DNA from: Mobula hypostoma
Taxonomy: Eukaryota
Direction: 5' to 3'
Length of the DNA stretch: 64,000 nt
Assembly: GCF_963921235.1 (NCBI RefSeq)
Contig: NC_086108.1
Span: 47,122,001-47,186,000 of the forward strand
Shown: in pieces, positions 27,681 through 41,596 of the stretch
Position numbering within the stretch: the first letter of the stretch is position 1
Layout: the number at the start of each line of letters is the position of its first letter
The notes under the pieces: generated by a model
The model's input: only the letters and a program-made list of their open reading frames with translations
Told to the model about the DNA's origin: nothing
The model's database searches: none
Translations under genes and position numbers: made by a program

Positions 27681-28604
27681 ATGGAAAAAAAATCATCAGG
27701 AAATCCAAAAGCAACACATGTAAAATGCTGGCGGAACTCAGCAGGTCAGGCAGCGTCTGTGGAAACAAATAAACAGTCGACATTTTGGGACGAGACCCTT
27801 CTTTTCAGTCTTGAAGGAAGGGGGAAGACTCCAGAGTAAAAAGGTGGGGTGGGGGGGGTGGATGAGAAGGAAAATAGCTAGAATGTGACAGGTGAAGCCA
27901 GATGGATAGGAAACCAGATGGCTTGGACTGTGGGAGGAAACCACACCACCTGGAGAAAAACCACAGTCACTGGGAGAATGTACAAACATCTTACAGGCAG
28001 CAGTGGGAATTGAGCACAGGTTGCCCGTACTGTAAAGCGCTGTGCTCAGACCAAGCAGTGACCCCACCTAACGACAGGTCTCACCAATGTTGAGGAGGCC
28101 GCATCGGGAGCACCAGACACAATTGACCCCAGCAGATTCACAGGTGAAGTGTTGCCTCACGTGAAAGGACTGTTTGGGGCCCTGAATGGAGTTGAATGGG
28201 AAGTATAGCACTTGGGCTGCTTGCAGGCATAAGTGCTGGGATGGACGAATGGACAAGGAAATCATGGGTAGAGCGATCCCTGTGGAAAACAGAGAAAATA
28301 CTTTGGAGGGATCCTTTTGGAGATGGCAGAAGTTGCGGAGGATGATTGTTGAATGCGGAGTCTTGTGGTGGTAGGTAAGTACAAGGAACTCTTATCACTG
28401 GTAAGCCGATGGGAAGATGGGGTGAATGCAGATGTTTGGGAAATGGAGAGAGATGCAGGTAAAAGCAGCATCAATAATAGAGGAAGGGAGCCCCCATTCT
28501 TTGAAGGAGGGCATCTCTGATGCCCTGGAAAGGAAAGCCGCATTCTGAGAACAGATGCAGTGGAGACAAAGGAGCTGAGAAAAGGGAATAGTATTTTTAC
28601 AGGA

Positions 28605-29930
28605 GACCATAAGACATAGGAGCAGAATTAGGCCATTTGGACCATCAAGTCTGCTCTGCCATTCAATCATGGCTGATCCTTTTTTCTTTCTCCTCCTCAA
28701 GCCCAGTTCCCGGCCTTCTCCCCGTAACCTTCGATGCCATATCCAATCAAGAACCTATCAATCTCTGCCTTAAATATACCTAGCGACCTGACCTCCACAG
28801 CTGCATGTGGCAACAAATTCCACAAATTCATCACCCTTTGGATAAAGCAATTTCTCTGTATCTCTGTTTTGAAAGAGCACCCCTCTATCCTGAGGCTGTG
28901 TCCTCTTGTCCTAGACTCTGCCACCATGGGAAGCATCCTTTCCACATCTACTCTGTCTGGGCCTTTCAATGTTTGAAAGGTTTCAGTGAGATCCCCCTTC
29001 ATCCTTCTGAATTCCAGCAAGTACAGACCCAGAGCCATCAAATGTTCCTCATATGAAAGGGTATGTTCCTTGTACCCTTTCATTCCTGGAATCATCCTTA
29101 TGAACCTCCTCTGGACCCTCTCCAATGCCAGCACATCCTTTCTAAGATGAGGAGCCCAAAACTGTTCACAATACTCAAGGTGAGGCCTCACCAGTGCCTT
29201 ATAAAGCCTCAGCATCACATCCTTGCTCTTGTATTCTAGACCTCTTGAAATGAATGCTAACATGGCATTTCCCTTCCTCAGCACCAACTCAACTTGCAAG
29301 TTATCCTTCAGGGTGTTCTGCACAAGGACTCTCAAATCCCTCTGCATAGTCATAGTTATACTTTATTGACCCCGGGGGAAATTGATTTTCGTTACAGTTG
29401 CACCATAAATAATAAATAGTAATAAAACCATAAATAGTTAAATAGTAATATGTAAATTATGCCAGTAAATTATGAAATAAGTCCAGGACCAGCCTATTGG
29501 CTCAGGGTGTCTGACCCTCCAAGGGAGGAGTTGTAAAGTTTGATGGCCACAGGCAGGAATGACTTCCTATGACGCTCAGTGCTGCATCTCGGTGGAATGA
29601 GTCTCTGGCTGAATGTACTCCTGTGCCCAACCAGTACATTATGTAGTGGATGGGAGACATTGTCCAAGATGGCATGCAACTGAGACAGCATCCTCTTTTC
29701 AGACACCACCGTGAGAGAGTCCAGTTCCATCCCCACAACATCACTGGCCTTACAAATGAGTTTGTTGATTCTGTTGGTGTCTGCTACCCTCAGCCTGCTG
29801 CCCCAGCACAAAACAGCAAGCATGATCTGCATCTCAGATTCCTGGATTTTCTCCCCTTTTAGAGAATAGTCTGCACATTTATTTCTACTACCAAAGTTCA
29901 TGACCATGTATTTTCCAACATTGTATTTCA
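28605..29930 (-). mobile_element. CR1 3' fragment nested in the Penelope-like element
   Basis: ORF 28697-29353 (RDLRVL...LVRPHLEYCEQFWAP...GYGEKAG) and a CR1 tail. Confidence 0.88.
29348..29825 (-). mobile_element. Rex1/Babar 3' fragment nested in CR1
   Basis: HPLH...RLIPPRCSTERHRKSFLPVAIKLYN C-terminus. TSD tctgcat at 29341-29347 and 29826-29832. Confidence 0.82.
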
Positions 29931-30369
29931 ATGATGGTGAAAAGTCAAGATAACTGGGAGTCGGTAGTTTAGTAAATGATTTCAGTCAACAGTTTGCCTC
30001 CAGAGAAGAGGCAGAGAGTTGAGAAAGGAAAGGGAGCTGTCAGAAATTGCCAAGTGAATTTAAGGACGGGGTGGAAGTTGGAGGCAAAGTTAATGAAATG
30101 GACGAGCTCAGTCAGCATGGATGCATGAAGCAGCACCAATGCACTCAATAATGTAGCAGAGGAAGAGTTAGGGAGCATTATTGGGGTAGGCTTGGAATAT
30201 GGACTGCTCTACATAGCCAATGAAAAGGCAGGCATAGCAGAGGCCCATGTGGGTGCCCATGGCTACTCCTCGAGTCCAGAGAAAGTGGGAGGAGCGGAAG
30301 GAAAAATTGTTAAGGGTAAGGACCATTTCAGCTGATTTGTGTCGTTTTCTCGTTCCGGTAAAAAGAAAT

Positions 30370-30710
30370 TCGGTCCCCCTCTCCCCCCTCTCTTCTATTC
30401 CCTACTCTGGCCTTATGCATGCTCTCGCCTGCCCAACTCCTCTCTCGGTCTCCTCCTCCTTTAGGTCACTCTCCTCTCCTATCAGATTCCTTCCTCTCCA
30501 GCCCTTTACCTATCATGTCTACCTGGCTTCATTTATCACCTTTTAACTATAGGGTGATATTATAGTTATCACCACCCCAACCTTTTTATTCTGGTGTCTT
30601 CCCCCTTCCTTCTCAGTCCTCATTAAGGGTCTTGGTCTGCAATGTCAATAGTTTATTCATAGATGCTGCCTGACCTGCTGAGTTCCTCCAGCAGTTTGTG
30701 TGTTACTGAG
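30370..30710 (+). mobile_element. Penelope pseudo-LTR in inverted orientation
   Basis: gatgctgcctgacctgctgagttcctccagca is the reverse complement of the motif at about 27725-27757. Confidence 0.75.
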
Positions 30711-31394
30711 GTTGCAATCTGCTTTGGTAGGAACTCTATGAATCCCTGGCAGAAATTCCTGCCTTCCACTAGCTCTTCCAACTGCAATTAATCACCCCAC
30801 ACCTTGACGTGGGGAGGCTGCCTGCGAGACTGCTACTGGGCAATTAGCATGGCCCCTTGACACTGTGATGTGGAGTTAAGAGGTGTACCCTGCCAAGAAC
30901 AGTGAGTGCAGGCCATTGCTGGCAATTTGCATTACCCACTGTTGGATATAATGGCAGCTGCTGACTCCCCCTCTTCTAATTTCTCTGAACAATTCTCAGC
31001 CCAGAGATTTCCTTGTGGTAACTAGCTGTCAGCCATCTCTCTACTTTTAAGATATGTGTGATTCTTTACTGGCTTCTTGCTAAGTTCCTGGCACCCAGAT
31101 GCCTTACACAGTAGCAGGAAGGGTAGAAGTGTTTACCACGCTTCAGGTGCTGGGGAAGCTCCATGGACAACAACCAAACAATTTCCTAATGGATGAAGTT
31201 GTGGCACCGAAATTATAAGTGACTCATCGAGGTGTTGCTGCTATTAGCAGTTTCATGTTTGAGAACACAGCTTGGAAATGAAGTTTGGTCTGTGACCTCA
31301 AAACACCCAACAACTCAGATTCAATCAAAAATGTCGTTACTTTTGCTGCTAATTGCCTCACAGCTCACACCTTTGCATGTTTATCTCTAATTTC

Positions 31395-32555
31395 CTTTTC
31401 TATGTCTCCCTGTCTCCATCTAGTGATAGGCTATTAATAAACATTTGACACACCCATGTAGACTACTGCAGCTATCGTATCAATAATTCCTCCCACTGCT
31501 TCCTCTAAGGACTTCATTCCATTTTCCCAGTTCTCCATCTACAGTATACAGTACAGTATTTTCTGCAATGATGAGATTTTCCACACTGATACTTCTGACG
31601 TTTTCCCCTCATCTACTGTGGTCAGCACTCTTGACCACAACTCATCCATTTCCCATTTCTGTGTTCACCCTCTCTCTAGGGCAGAGCATGGAAAGTGCTC
31701 CCCTGCACCTCACTAACCACTTTTTTCTTTGAAATTGCACCAGGTCTAACAAGATTTCAGCACCAGATGCCTTTTCAACATTTCAAAATGCCCATTAATG
31801 TGTCCTCACTTTCGTCCCTACTCATCACTTTCAATCTTATAGCACTTCCCCAGACAATTGTCGGAGATGCAACACCTGCCCTTTCACCTCTTCCTGCTAT
31901 TCAGGGCTCCCAAATATTCTTTCCAGGTGAAGCAATGATTCATGTGCACTTATACCAAACTAGTCACAGGTAGACAAAGTGGTGAAGGAGGTGTCTGACA
32001 TGATCATTGTCATTAGAGTTGGGATGTTGGGTTGCAGTTGTCCAAAATGTTGATGAGGCCATACTTGGAGTATTATGTAAGGTTTTAGTTACCCTGTTGT
32101 AGGAAAGGCATTATTAAATGGATCAAATGCAGAAAAGAAACCCACAAAGATGCTGTCAGGACTCAGACTGGGTTACAGGGAGAAGGTGAGCAGGCTAGGA
32201 CATTTTTCATTGGAGCTTAGGAAGTGTTTAAAGTCATGACTGACATAGAAAGGCTGAATGCACAGTCGTTTTCTCTGGGAAAGGGAATCAAAAGCTAGAG
32301 TGCATAGGTTTAAGATGAGATAAAAAGATTTTAAAGGGACTGGAGAGACAACATTTTCATGCAAAAAGTGGTGCATTTTTTTGGAACAAGCTGCCAGAGA
32401 AAGTGGTTGAACAAGTGCAAGACACTTGAAAAGGTACATTGGAAAAGCTGAGAGGAATACGGGCCAAATGCAAGCAAATGGGGGTAGCTTAGATGGGCAT
32501 CTTGGTTGGCATGGATGAGTTGGGTCAAAGGGACTATTTCTGTGCTGTATTACTG
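31395..32555 (+). mobile_element. Old Penelope-like fragment (to about 31965) followed by an old CR1 3' fragment
   Basis: ttccaggtgaagcaatgattcatgtgcac resembles the PLE FQVRQxFTC region. Downstream gaggccatacttggagtatt... matches the CR1 3' region. Confidence 0.55.
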
Positions 32556-34084
32556 AACTAGTGTACTGCATGTAGTGTTCATGCTGCAATCAATAAAACA
32601 AATGCAGAATAGGTAATCACCTTGCAAAATGCATATGTTCAATCACCAGGACCAAACATGAGCTTCCCGGGACTTTAATGCTGCATTACATTCCCATGCT
32701 GACCTATTTGTTTGCAGCCTTTAGGTCTGTTTTAACAAAGCCCAGAGCATGCTTGAGAAGCACCATCTCTTCTTCTCATTCCATCTGGGCATGCTGCAGC
32801 CTTCTGGACTCAACATCAAATCTACCAGCTTTGGAAAACTCATTTTTATCTGTATCAGCTAGCCACATCCTTCTATTTTTGGCTCCATCAGTACCATCTT
32901 GCTTGCTGGGCTGTGTCTCAGTCCTGCTCTTTGCAATACATAACAAAAAATGAAACATAGTCACTCTCCAATTATTTCATTAGTCCTTTGACCTCATTTC
33001 ATGCTTTCACAGACATTCCCTTTGTCCTGTCCATCCTGCCTGCTATCACCTTTAGAACCTCAAGTTACTCTTCTTTTCTCAGTTCTGACCAAAGATCGTC
33101 AACCATAAATATGACAGGCAGTCTCCAGATAATGTTCCTGAGTGCACAGCTCTGTGTTGCTCATCCCAGCCTCTGGTTATTGTGGCTTGGAGGGTGGGTA
33201 GGAGTATGTGGAAATATCCTGTTCCCACCCAATGGAAAATGCCTGCAGCAGCCAGTAATTCTATTATTATCTATCGCACCAGTCTCTGAAATGCTCATTC
33301 ATGTGTGTGGGATATCTATCACCTGTCAAACAGTTATAACTCTTTCTCTTCACAGATGCAATCTGACCTCCTGACTACTTCCTGTAATTTCTGTTTTTAT
33401 TGCTGTTGTCTGACCATGGCTATTTATATTATGTAATCTTGGGCATATAACATAAATAAACTAATCAACTGAAAATATTGGTTTTGAGCTAGTAACTCTT
33501 CTGAACTGGAAATGCAAGTTTTCATTAGATAACTATAACTTGTTGAAATATTTAGTCAAGAAATAAGTTGTGCAAGAATGAGATTTTTTCCGTATGCTTT
33601 TTAAATAGTTTGAATTGAATCCCTTTTGAAATATTACTACCATGGTCCTTGTGCAGTGAGCCTCAATATTTCTTGATTGCAGCAAATCATCTAAAGGGAG
33701 ACAAGGGACTGTTTGACCAAACTAAAGAAATGCTTTTGTTGATTGTTTGGCAAATCGTGCCAATTTCACCAAAAGAAAACGTTCATGTCCTAACTTTTGC
33801 TAAAATACAAGCATATTGCCAAATGAGGGAAGGTGTAATGTTCACCCTAATTTGATCGGGAAAAGCAGATACAGTTCTGGTATTAAATAGTTGTGCTAGG
33901 TAATTGATAATGGTTGAGCAATGCTTTGTATTTGGGTAATGTTTTGCCAAAATTTATACTTTCTGGAGATCTTGTGAAACAGGATTGAGATGCTATTTTT
34001 TCATGGTCTGACTTTATGATAAAATTTGACACATTTTAATTTAGGAACACTTATATCAGTTCCCAGATAAGCTACTGAGTGAGA

Positions 34085-36700
34085 GCATACTTGACCACTG
34101 CTGCTCTTCCTTCCGCAATGCTTACAACGTGCTCCTCTGCCCACCATTTGGAAGTTCGGATCACTCCTCCATCTTGCTTCTGCTGATGTACAGGCAGAAG
34201 CCGGAACAAGAGGCGGCCATAGTTAAAACCATCCACTGCTTTGATGGTATCAACTGGAGTGTCTTTCACGATGAGGATGTGTCCAAGTTTACAGAAGGAG
34301 TGACGAGCTTCATCCGGAAGTGTCCCCCAGAAACCGGTCAGGGTCTATCCAAACCAGAAACCCTGGATCAGCAGTTCCGTGCGAGCAGCACTTACTGCAC
34401 GAGACAGAGTTTACGTTGGGGGCACTGTGCATTAAACAAAACATTGAAAATGATAGGGAAACACCAGACAGGATTGTGTGAGGAATGTCAGGAAGAGGAG
34501 TCAGTAGAACATGTAGTTCTGAGTTGCAGGAATTATGGGATACAGAGAGAGATGATGAGAAATAAATTAAGGGAGTTGGGGATGCAGGAATTCACATTAA
34601 AAGGGTTGCTGGGCATGGGTGAGAGAGCACAAGTCTGGGTATTTTTAGTGTTTTTAAGGGGTACAAGGGGTTTTTTATAGAATATGACGAATAAACAGGA
34701 ATAGGATACTAGGATGGTCAAAGATGGGAGGGTGAAGTGTAGGTGTGTGTGTGTGTGTGTGTGAAGGGATTTAGAATGTATGTCTAGTGCACATTCTGGA
34801 GCAGAGGGTGGCGGTAATGCACCATTAAGCTGGATGCCAACCGCCGTAAAACAAGATACAGACAGAGTTTACGTTGCCGGTAATCAGCAGAGCTCAAGAA
34901 ATGCAGCTGCAATCTGTGCAAAGTCATCAAGGCAGCGAAATGGCAATACAGGGACAAGATCCAGTCACAACCCTCCACCGACAACACATACAGCAAGGTC
35001 CACACACCATCACAGACTTCAAAGCTAAGCACAGTGGTGCTGCCAACATCGCTGCCTCTCTCCCAGACGAGCTAAATCGTTTTGTGCTCGGTTTGATGTT
35101 AACAACACTGAACCCCTGATGAGATCTACCGCTGAAGTGACCTGCACCTTGGTCATCTCTGAGGCTGAAATACACAGGTGTTTCCAACAAGTGGACAGTC
35201 ACAAGGCTGTGGGACCAGCCGGCATCCCAGGGCAGGTACTCAGGATGTGCGCGGCACAACTGGCAGGTGTGTTTACAGACATCTTTAATCTCTCCCTCTC
35301 CCAGTGCAGAGTGCCCTCCTGTTTCAAAACATCACCATTGTCCGTGAAGCTAAAAAGACCCAGGTAACATGTCTGAATGACTGACGTCCTGTCGCACTCA
35401 CCTCAATAATAAGCAAATGCTTTGAGAGGCTGGTCAAGGACTACATCTGCAGCATGCTCCCACCCACACTGGACCCCCTACAATTCACCCACCGACACAA
35501 CCGATCGACAGATGACACAACAGCCACAGCTCTACATACCGTCCTTTCACATCAAGAGAAGAAGGATGCTTACGTGAGAATGCTGTTCTTGGACTACAAT
35601 TCAGCATTCAACACCATAATTCCCTCTAGGCTTGGCAAGATGCTCAGAGACCTTGGCCTTCACCCTGCCTTGTGCAGCTGGATCCTGGACTTCCTGTCAG
35701 ATCGCCAGCAGGTGGTAACTGTGGGCTCCCTCACTTCTGCTCCTCTGACCTTTAACACAGGTGCCCCTCAGTGCTGTGTCCTAAGCCCCCTCCTTTACTC
35801 CCTGTATACCCATGACAGTGTTGCCAGCCACAGCTCCAATCTGCTAATTAAATTTGCTGACAATACTACATTGATTGGCCTAATCTCAAATAATAATGAG
35901 GCAGCCTACCGAGAGGAAATCATCTCCCTGACACAGTGGTGTCAAGAAAACAACCTCTCCCTCAATATCGCAAAAACAAAGGAGCTGGTTGTGGACTACA
36001 GGAGGAATGGAAATAGGCTAACCCCTATTGACATCAATGGATCTGGGGTTGAGAGGGTCAACAGCTTATAAGTTCCATGGTATATACATCACTGAGGATC
36101 TCAAGTGGTCTGTATATACTGGCTGCATGGTGAAAAAAGCACAACAGGACCTCTTTCACCTCAGATGGTTGAAGAAGTTTGATTATGGGTCCCCAAATCC
36201 TAAGAACTTTCTACAGGGGCACAATTGAGAGCCTCCTGACCGGCTGCATCACTGCCTGGAATGGGAACTGTACTTCCCTCAATCGCAGGACTCTGCAGAG
36301 AGTGGTGTGGACAGCCCAGCGCATCTGTGGATGTGAACTTCCCATCATTCAGGGCATTTACAAAGACAGGTATGTAAAAGTAAAAAAGGCACGAAGGATC
36401 ACTGGGGACCTGAGTCACCCCGACCACAAACTGTTCCAGCTGCTACCATCCGGGGAACGGTACCGCAGCATAAAAGCCAGGACCAACAGGCTCCGGGACA
36501 GCTTCTTCCACCAGGCCGTCAGACTGATTAATTCACACTGACACAACTGTATTTCTATGTTATATTGACTGTCCTGTTGTATATACCATTTATTACAAAT
36601 GACTATAAATTGCACATTGCATATTTAGATGGAGATGTAACGTAAAGATTTTTACTTCTCATGTATATGAAGGATGCAAGTAATAAAGTCAATTCAATTC
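34085..36700 (+). mobile_element. Rex1/Babar-like LINE (EN end plus RT), decayed
   Basis: PFGSSDH, LDPLQF, YVRMLFLDYNSAFNTIIP, TGAPQ, KFADNTT and RLRDSFF. (caatt)n tail after aataaa. Confidence 0.88.
34419..34859 (+). mobile_element. Nimb/I-clade LINE 3' fragment nested in Rex1
   Basis: GHCALNKTLKMIGKHQTGLCEECQEEESVEHVVLSC CCHC knuckle and a 3' stem-loop. 17-bp TSD agacagagtttacgttg at 34402-34418 and 34860-34876. Confidence 0.8.
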
Positions 36701-38644
36701 TAATTACCCCAAACTGAAAACACCATTTTGTTGATTAACTTTCTATGGGTGGAATATCATATTTTCCAGACCAAATCAATAATCCACTAATGTATTTACA
36801 ATAACATTATTGCAGTTAAGATACCAGTCTATTATTTCTTCTGAGTAATGGTTTCTGTTGGAAGAATTATTGAATTATTGGTACTGGACAGAAAGTTCAA
36901 TGATAAAAGCTTTTACAGAAATGGACGAACACACCCCTGGCAGACTTTATAGGCCTACCCTATCTTTTAAAAAGAACTTGTTTATGTATGTTTTTAGAAG
37001 CAGCTATAATTTGACACCAATCAATTAATTTGCCTGTGAGTACATGATGGCGGCAGGGGTGGGGGGGGGTGGGTTAGATTTAATACTTAAAATAAGTTCA
37101 GCTCTACAGGTCCTTACATATACTTACCAATGGAGAAGAGAAAAATTTAAAGGGGAACTGAGGGACAACTTCACGCAGAGTATAGTGCATACATGGAGTG
37201 AAGTGCCAGACAAAAGAGTTGAGGAAGGCACAATGACATTTAAAATACATTTAGAAAAGTGTATGGACAGGAAAGGTTTCAAGGGATATGGGACTAGTTT
37301 AGGTGGGCACCTTGGTCTGAATGAATGACTTGGGCTGAAGAGCGCGTTTCTGTGCCCTATGAGGCTATGAATGGTGGCCTATTGGTGCATTTGACACCTC
37401 TCTGATCATCTTTCTCTGCTGAATAGAATAGTTCCCCATCATTTAATCATCTATGTGAAAAGGCTTTATTCTAAAGTTCCCAGCCACAACAATTTTATTT
37501 ATTTCAGCTAGAGGTTAATATTGAACAATTTTTTTCTTTCCTATATTTTGTCAGAAGAAAATGGAAATGACAGTATGATTATGACTGATCTATATTTGCC
37601 TCAACTCCCCTCAGTTCCCACAGTCCTCAATCTTTCAATATTTATCTATAACCAGCTTAAATATATCTAATTCTCTGGCTTCCATCACCTTTTGGGATGG
37701 GAATTTCTGAGGTTCCACTGAGAGATGAAATGTCTACACCCCTCAGTGTTGGGTGACCAACACTTCATCTAGTAACTATGTCCCCTTGTTTTTAATTCTC
37801 CCGTGAGTGGAAACATCTTACCATCTTCCCTGTGAAACTTCCTTAAGTCTTATGGATTGAATAAAGTTGCCCATCAGTTTTCTAAACTTCAAGGGATCCC
37901 GTCTCAATCTATCTAGTGTCTTCTGATAGGGCTACCATCTTATCTAAGGTGCTAAATCTAATGTGTACAGGGAGAAACCCTGGGCCTGTTCTTTTAATTT
38001 TGGTCTAGGATGCCTTAAAGTTCTGGGGTAATCTACTTCTTTATACTGTATTTCTATTTTGACAGATTCCTTTCAGTCCGTACCATATTTACAAAGACCA
38101 ACTGCATGGATTTCATGTTTAATACCCTAAGCAGGAAGCTGTGTGATATTGGAGCCCTGCTAGCATGTATAAATATGATAGATTTTAAAAGTATAGAAAT
38201 TATTAGTACTTGGGGAATTAGAGATAAATTGATCAAATTCTCAACAGCATCTCTCTGAACTCAAAGGAATGCTCACCAGGTTATCCTCTCAGACTACTGT
38301 CCAGCAAAGGACACTGGTGGAGAGAAGTGAAAGAAAATAACTGGAACTAGCAAAAGATCTTCACAGACACTCAGATCCTGCAAGTTCTGGTTCAGTTTAA
38401 TAACTAAACTACACAGCTGTATGTCTCACTTTGGTTAGGGAGAAAGGCACTACAGCATCATGGTCAGTGTAGGGGCTATATGTTATTTGAAAGAAAATGG
38501 AAAACTGAGGATGTTAAGTCCAGCAAGAGTGGTCCTCAAGTTGAGATTAACTTGGGATGACCAGTGGTGTTCTTAGGCAACCACTCAGGGTTGAGATTAG
38601 AATTTCTGAGGTGAACTAGTGAGGCCTAAATAAGATCTGCAAAG

Positions 38645-38890
38645 GAGGAATTTCTTTAGCCAGAGGGTGGTGAACCTCTGGAATTCATTACCACCGACAG
38701 TTGTGGAATCCAAGCCATTGGGTATATTTAAATGGGAGGTTGGTCGGTTCTTGATCAGGATGGGTGTCAAAGGTCATGGGGAGAAGGAAGGAGAATGGGG
38801 TTGAGAGAGATACTAAATCAGCCATGATGGAACAGCAAAGCAGACTCGATGGGCTGAATGGCTTAATTCTGGCACTATGTCTTATGGTTA
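38645..38890 (+). mobile_element. CR1 3' tail fragment
   Basis: Similar to the other CR1 tails. Further old tails lie at about 37135-37370 (+) and 37560-37930 (-). Confidence 0.7.
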
Positions 38891-39514
38891 TTCCACAGAG
38901 AGGGCAGGAGGTTCATGATGGAGCAGCCAATGGGTGGTGCCCTCTCCACCACGTCCTTCTTTTAGCCGCCTTGCAACTCCCCTAAAATGGAAAAAGTTCT
39001 TCATTCCATAAAATCATTTTGTAATGATTTTAATTATTTAAAGGTTTTAGGTGGAGTAATCTTAAATATTTATTTTTAGATGTTAATAGTTTGATTCTGA
39101 AGGTCAGGAGCATTCAGAACCATTCGAAAATTGTCTTTACAGAGAACATCAAAGTTGAGCTAACCCTTTGGCTTATGCTTTCCAGCTGTTTGTGGGCGGG
39201 TTTACGTCTGGACAAGCTATGTGAGTGGATTATTTCGTGCAATTGGGTCTTTCCAAGTAGGTCTTTAAATCTCATCCAGCATGTTCAGCCTTCAGATAAA
39301 TTCCAATATCATATGTTAAGAAAATTTTGAGCCGGTCACTGACAACGTTGGTCCTACCTACAATGAGCTTACAATGGTCTTGTTTTTTTTTTGGTAGACA
39401 CGTCAATAGAACACAATACAAATACTGCTTGTAGAGACTGTGAGGAAGGATAGGCAATTGATAAGGCAGAATTGTAGTCATTGGGATGGATTGACATGTG
39501 TCTATTTCAGTGTA

Positions 39515-41230
39515 TTGGGTGATAAGGAAATGGCTGAGGCATTGAACGATTATTTTGTGTCGGTCTTCACGGTGGAGAACACGTCTAATATGTTAAAGAA
39601 GGATGTTATGGACAAAATGGGAGATGAGAACCTCAATAAAATCACTGTCACTAAAGAGACTGATGAGCAAACTAGAGAGCCTGAAGGTAGATAAGTCCCC
39701 TGGTCCTGATGGGATGCATCCCAGGGTGCTGAAGGAATTGGCGGAGGTTATAGTAGATGTGTTGAATGATCATTTATCAAAACTCTCTGGACTCTGGGCA
39801 GGTCCTGGCGGACTGGAAGACCAGCAAATGTCATGCCACTTTTTAAAAAAGGACATAGACAAAAGACAGGCAACTATAGGCCAGTTAGCTTAACGTCTGT
39901 AGTCGGGAAAATGCTTGAAGCTGTCATTAAGGAAGAAATAGCAAAACACTGAGAAAGGAGTGGTTCCATTAGACAGATGCAGCATGGATTCAGAAAGGGC
40001 AGATCCTGATTGACAAACTTACTGGAATTCTTTGAGGACATAATGAGTGCAGTGGATAGAGGGGAACAGGTGGATGTCGTATACTTGGATTTCCAAAAGG
40101 TGTTCGATAAGGTGCCACACAAGAGACTTATAAATAAGATATGGATGCATGGAGTTGGAGGAAGTGCATTGGCATGGATAGTGGATTGGTTAACCAATAG
40201 AAGGCCGAAAGTTGGTATAAATGGGTGTTTCTCCAGTTGGCAGTCAGTGGTGAGTGGGGTGCCGTAGGAGTCGGTGCTGGGCCCACAGCGATTTACCATT
40301 TACATTGATGATTTGGAAAAGGGGGCTGAGTGTAGTGTAGCAAAATTTGCTGATGACACTAAACTGAGTGGAAAAGCAAATTGTGCAGAGGATGTGGAGA
40401 GTCTGCAGAGGGATATAGATAGGTTAAGTGAGGGTGGGCCAGGGTCTGGCAGATGGAATACAACGTTGGTAAATGCAAGATCATCCACTTTGGAAGGAAT
40501 AATAGAAGAGCAGATTATTATTTAAATGGTGAAAGATTGCAGCATGCTGTTATGCAGAGGGACTTGGGAGTGCTTGTGCATGAATCGCAAAAAGTTGGCT
40601 TGCAGGTGGAACAGGTTATTAAGGCAAACGGAATGTTGGCCTTCATTGCTAGAGGGATTGAATTTAAGAGCAGGGAGGTCATGCTGCAACTATACAGGGT
40701 ACTGGTGAGGCCACACCTGGAGTACTATGTGCAGATCTGCTCTCCATACTTGGTTGATTCCATGGCTGAAGGGGTTAACCTATGAGGAGAGATTGAGTCG
40801 CCTGGGACTATACTGTCTGGAGTTCAGAAGAATGAGAGGGGACCTTATAGAAACATACAAAGTTTTGAAAGGGATGGATAAGATAGTAAGTTGTTTCCAT
40901 TGGTAGATGAGACTAGAACTAGGGGACATTGCCTCAAGATTCAGGGAAGAAGATTTAGGACAGAGATGAGGAGAAACTGTTTTTCCCAGAGAGTGGTGAA
41001 TCTGTGGAATTCTCTGCTCAGGGAAGTAGTTGAGGCTTCCTCACTAAATATATTTAAGATACAGTTAGATAGGTTTTTACATGGTGAGGGAATTAAGGGT
41101 TATGGGGAAAAGGCAGGTAGATGGAGCTGAGTTTACGGACAGATCAGCAATGATCTTATTGAATGGCGGGGCAGGCTCGATGGGCCAGATGGCCTACTCC
41201 TGCTCCTATTTCTTGTGTTTCTTATGTTAT
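39515..41230 (+). mobile_element. CR1 LINE, 5'-truncated RT region
   Basis: DKSPGPDGMHPRVLKE, VVYLDFQK, KFADDTKL and LVRPHLEY. A short inverted CR1 piece follows at 41232-41395. Confidence 0.9.
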
Positions 41231-41596
41231 TAAGTACAGGCCCAAAGCTGCCAAATGCTCCTCATATGTAAACCCCTTCATTCCTGGAATCATCCTTGTG
41301 AACCTCCTCTGGACCCTCTCCAATGACAACACATCCTTTCTGAGATATGGGGCCCAAAACTGTTGATAATACTCCAAGTGCAGCCTGACTAGTGTCTATA
41401 TATTTTCGTATCCAAGTTTGGTAACTACCCACTAAGGGTTGTCCCTTATAAGTTGCTGCCTCGATTAACCAATGGCCCAAATTAACATATGGCCCATATG
41501 GTAACAGACATGTTCTTTGATAATAAATTTATTTTGTACCTTGACTTCCATTTAAGGGAGGAAACATGAGCAGTTTTGACAATTCTGTTGAGTGCT

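Larger units (their letters stand above)
27710..30325 (-). mobile_element. Penelope-like element (RT plus GIY-YIG remnants) with nested V-SINE, CR1 and Rex1 insertions
   Basis: GPKQSFHVRQHFTCES...CSRCGLLNIGET is GIY-YIG-like. Reverse complement at about 30250 gives GVAMGT (RT). pLTR at the left end. Confidence 0.8.
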
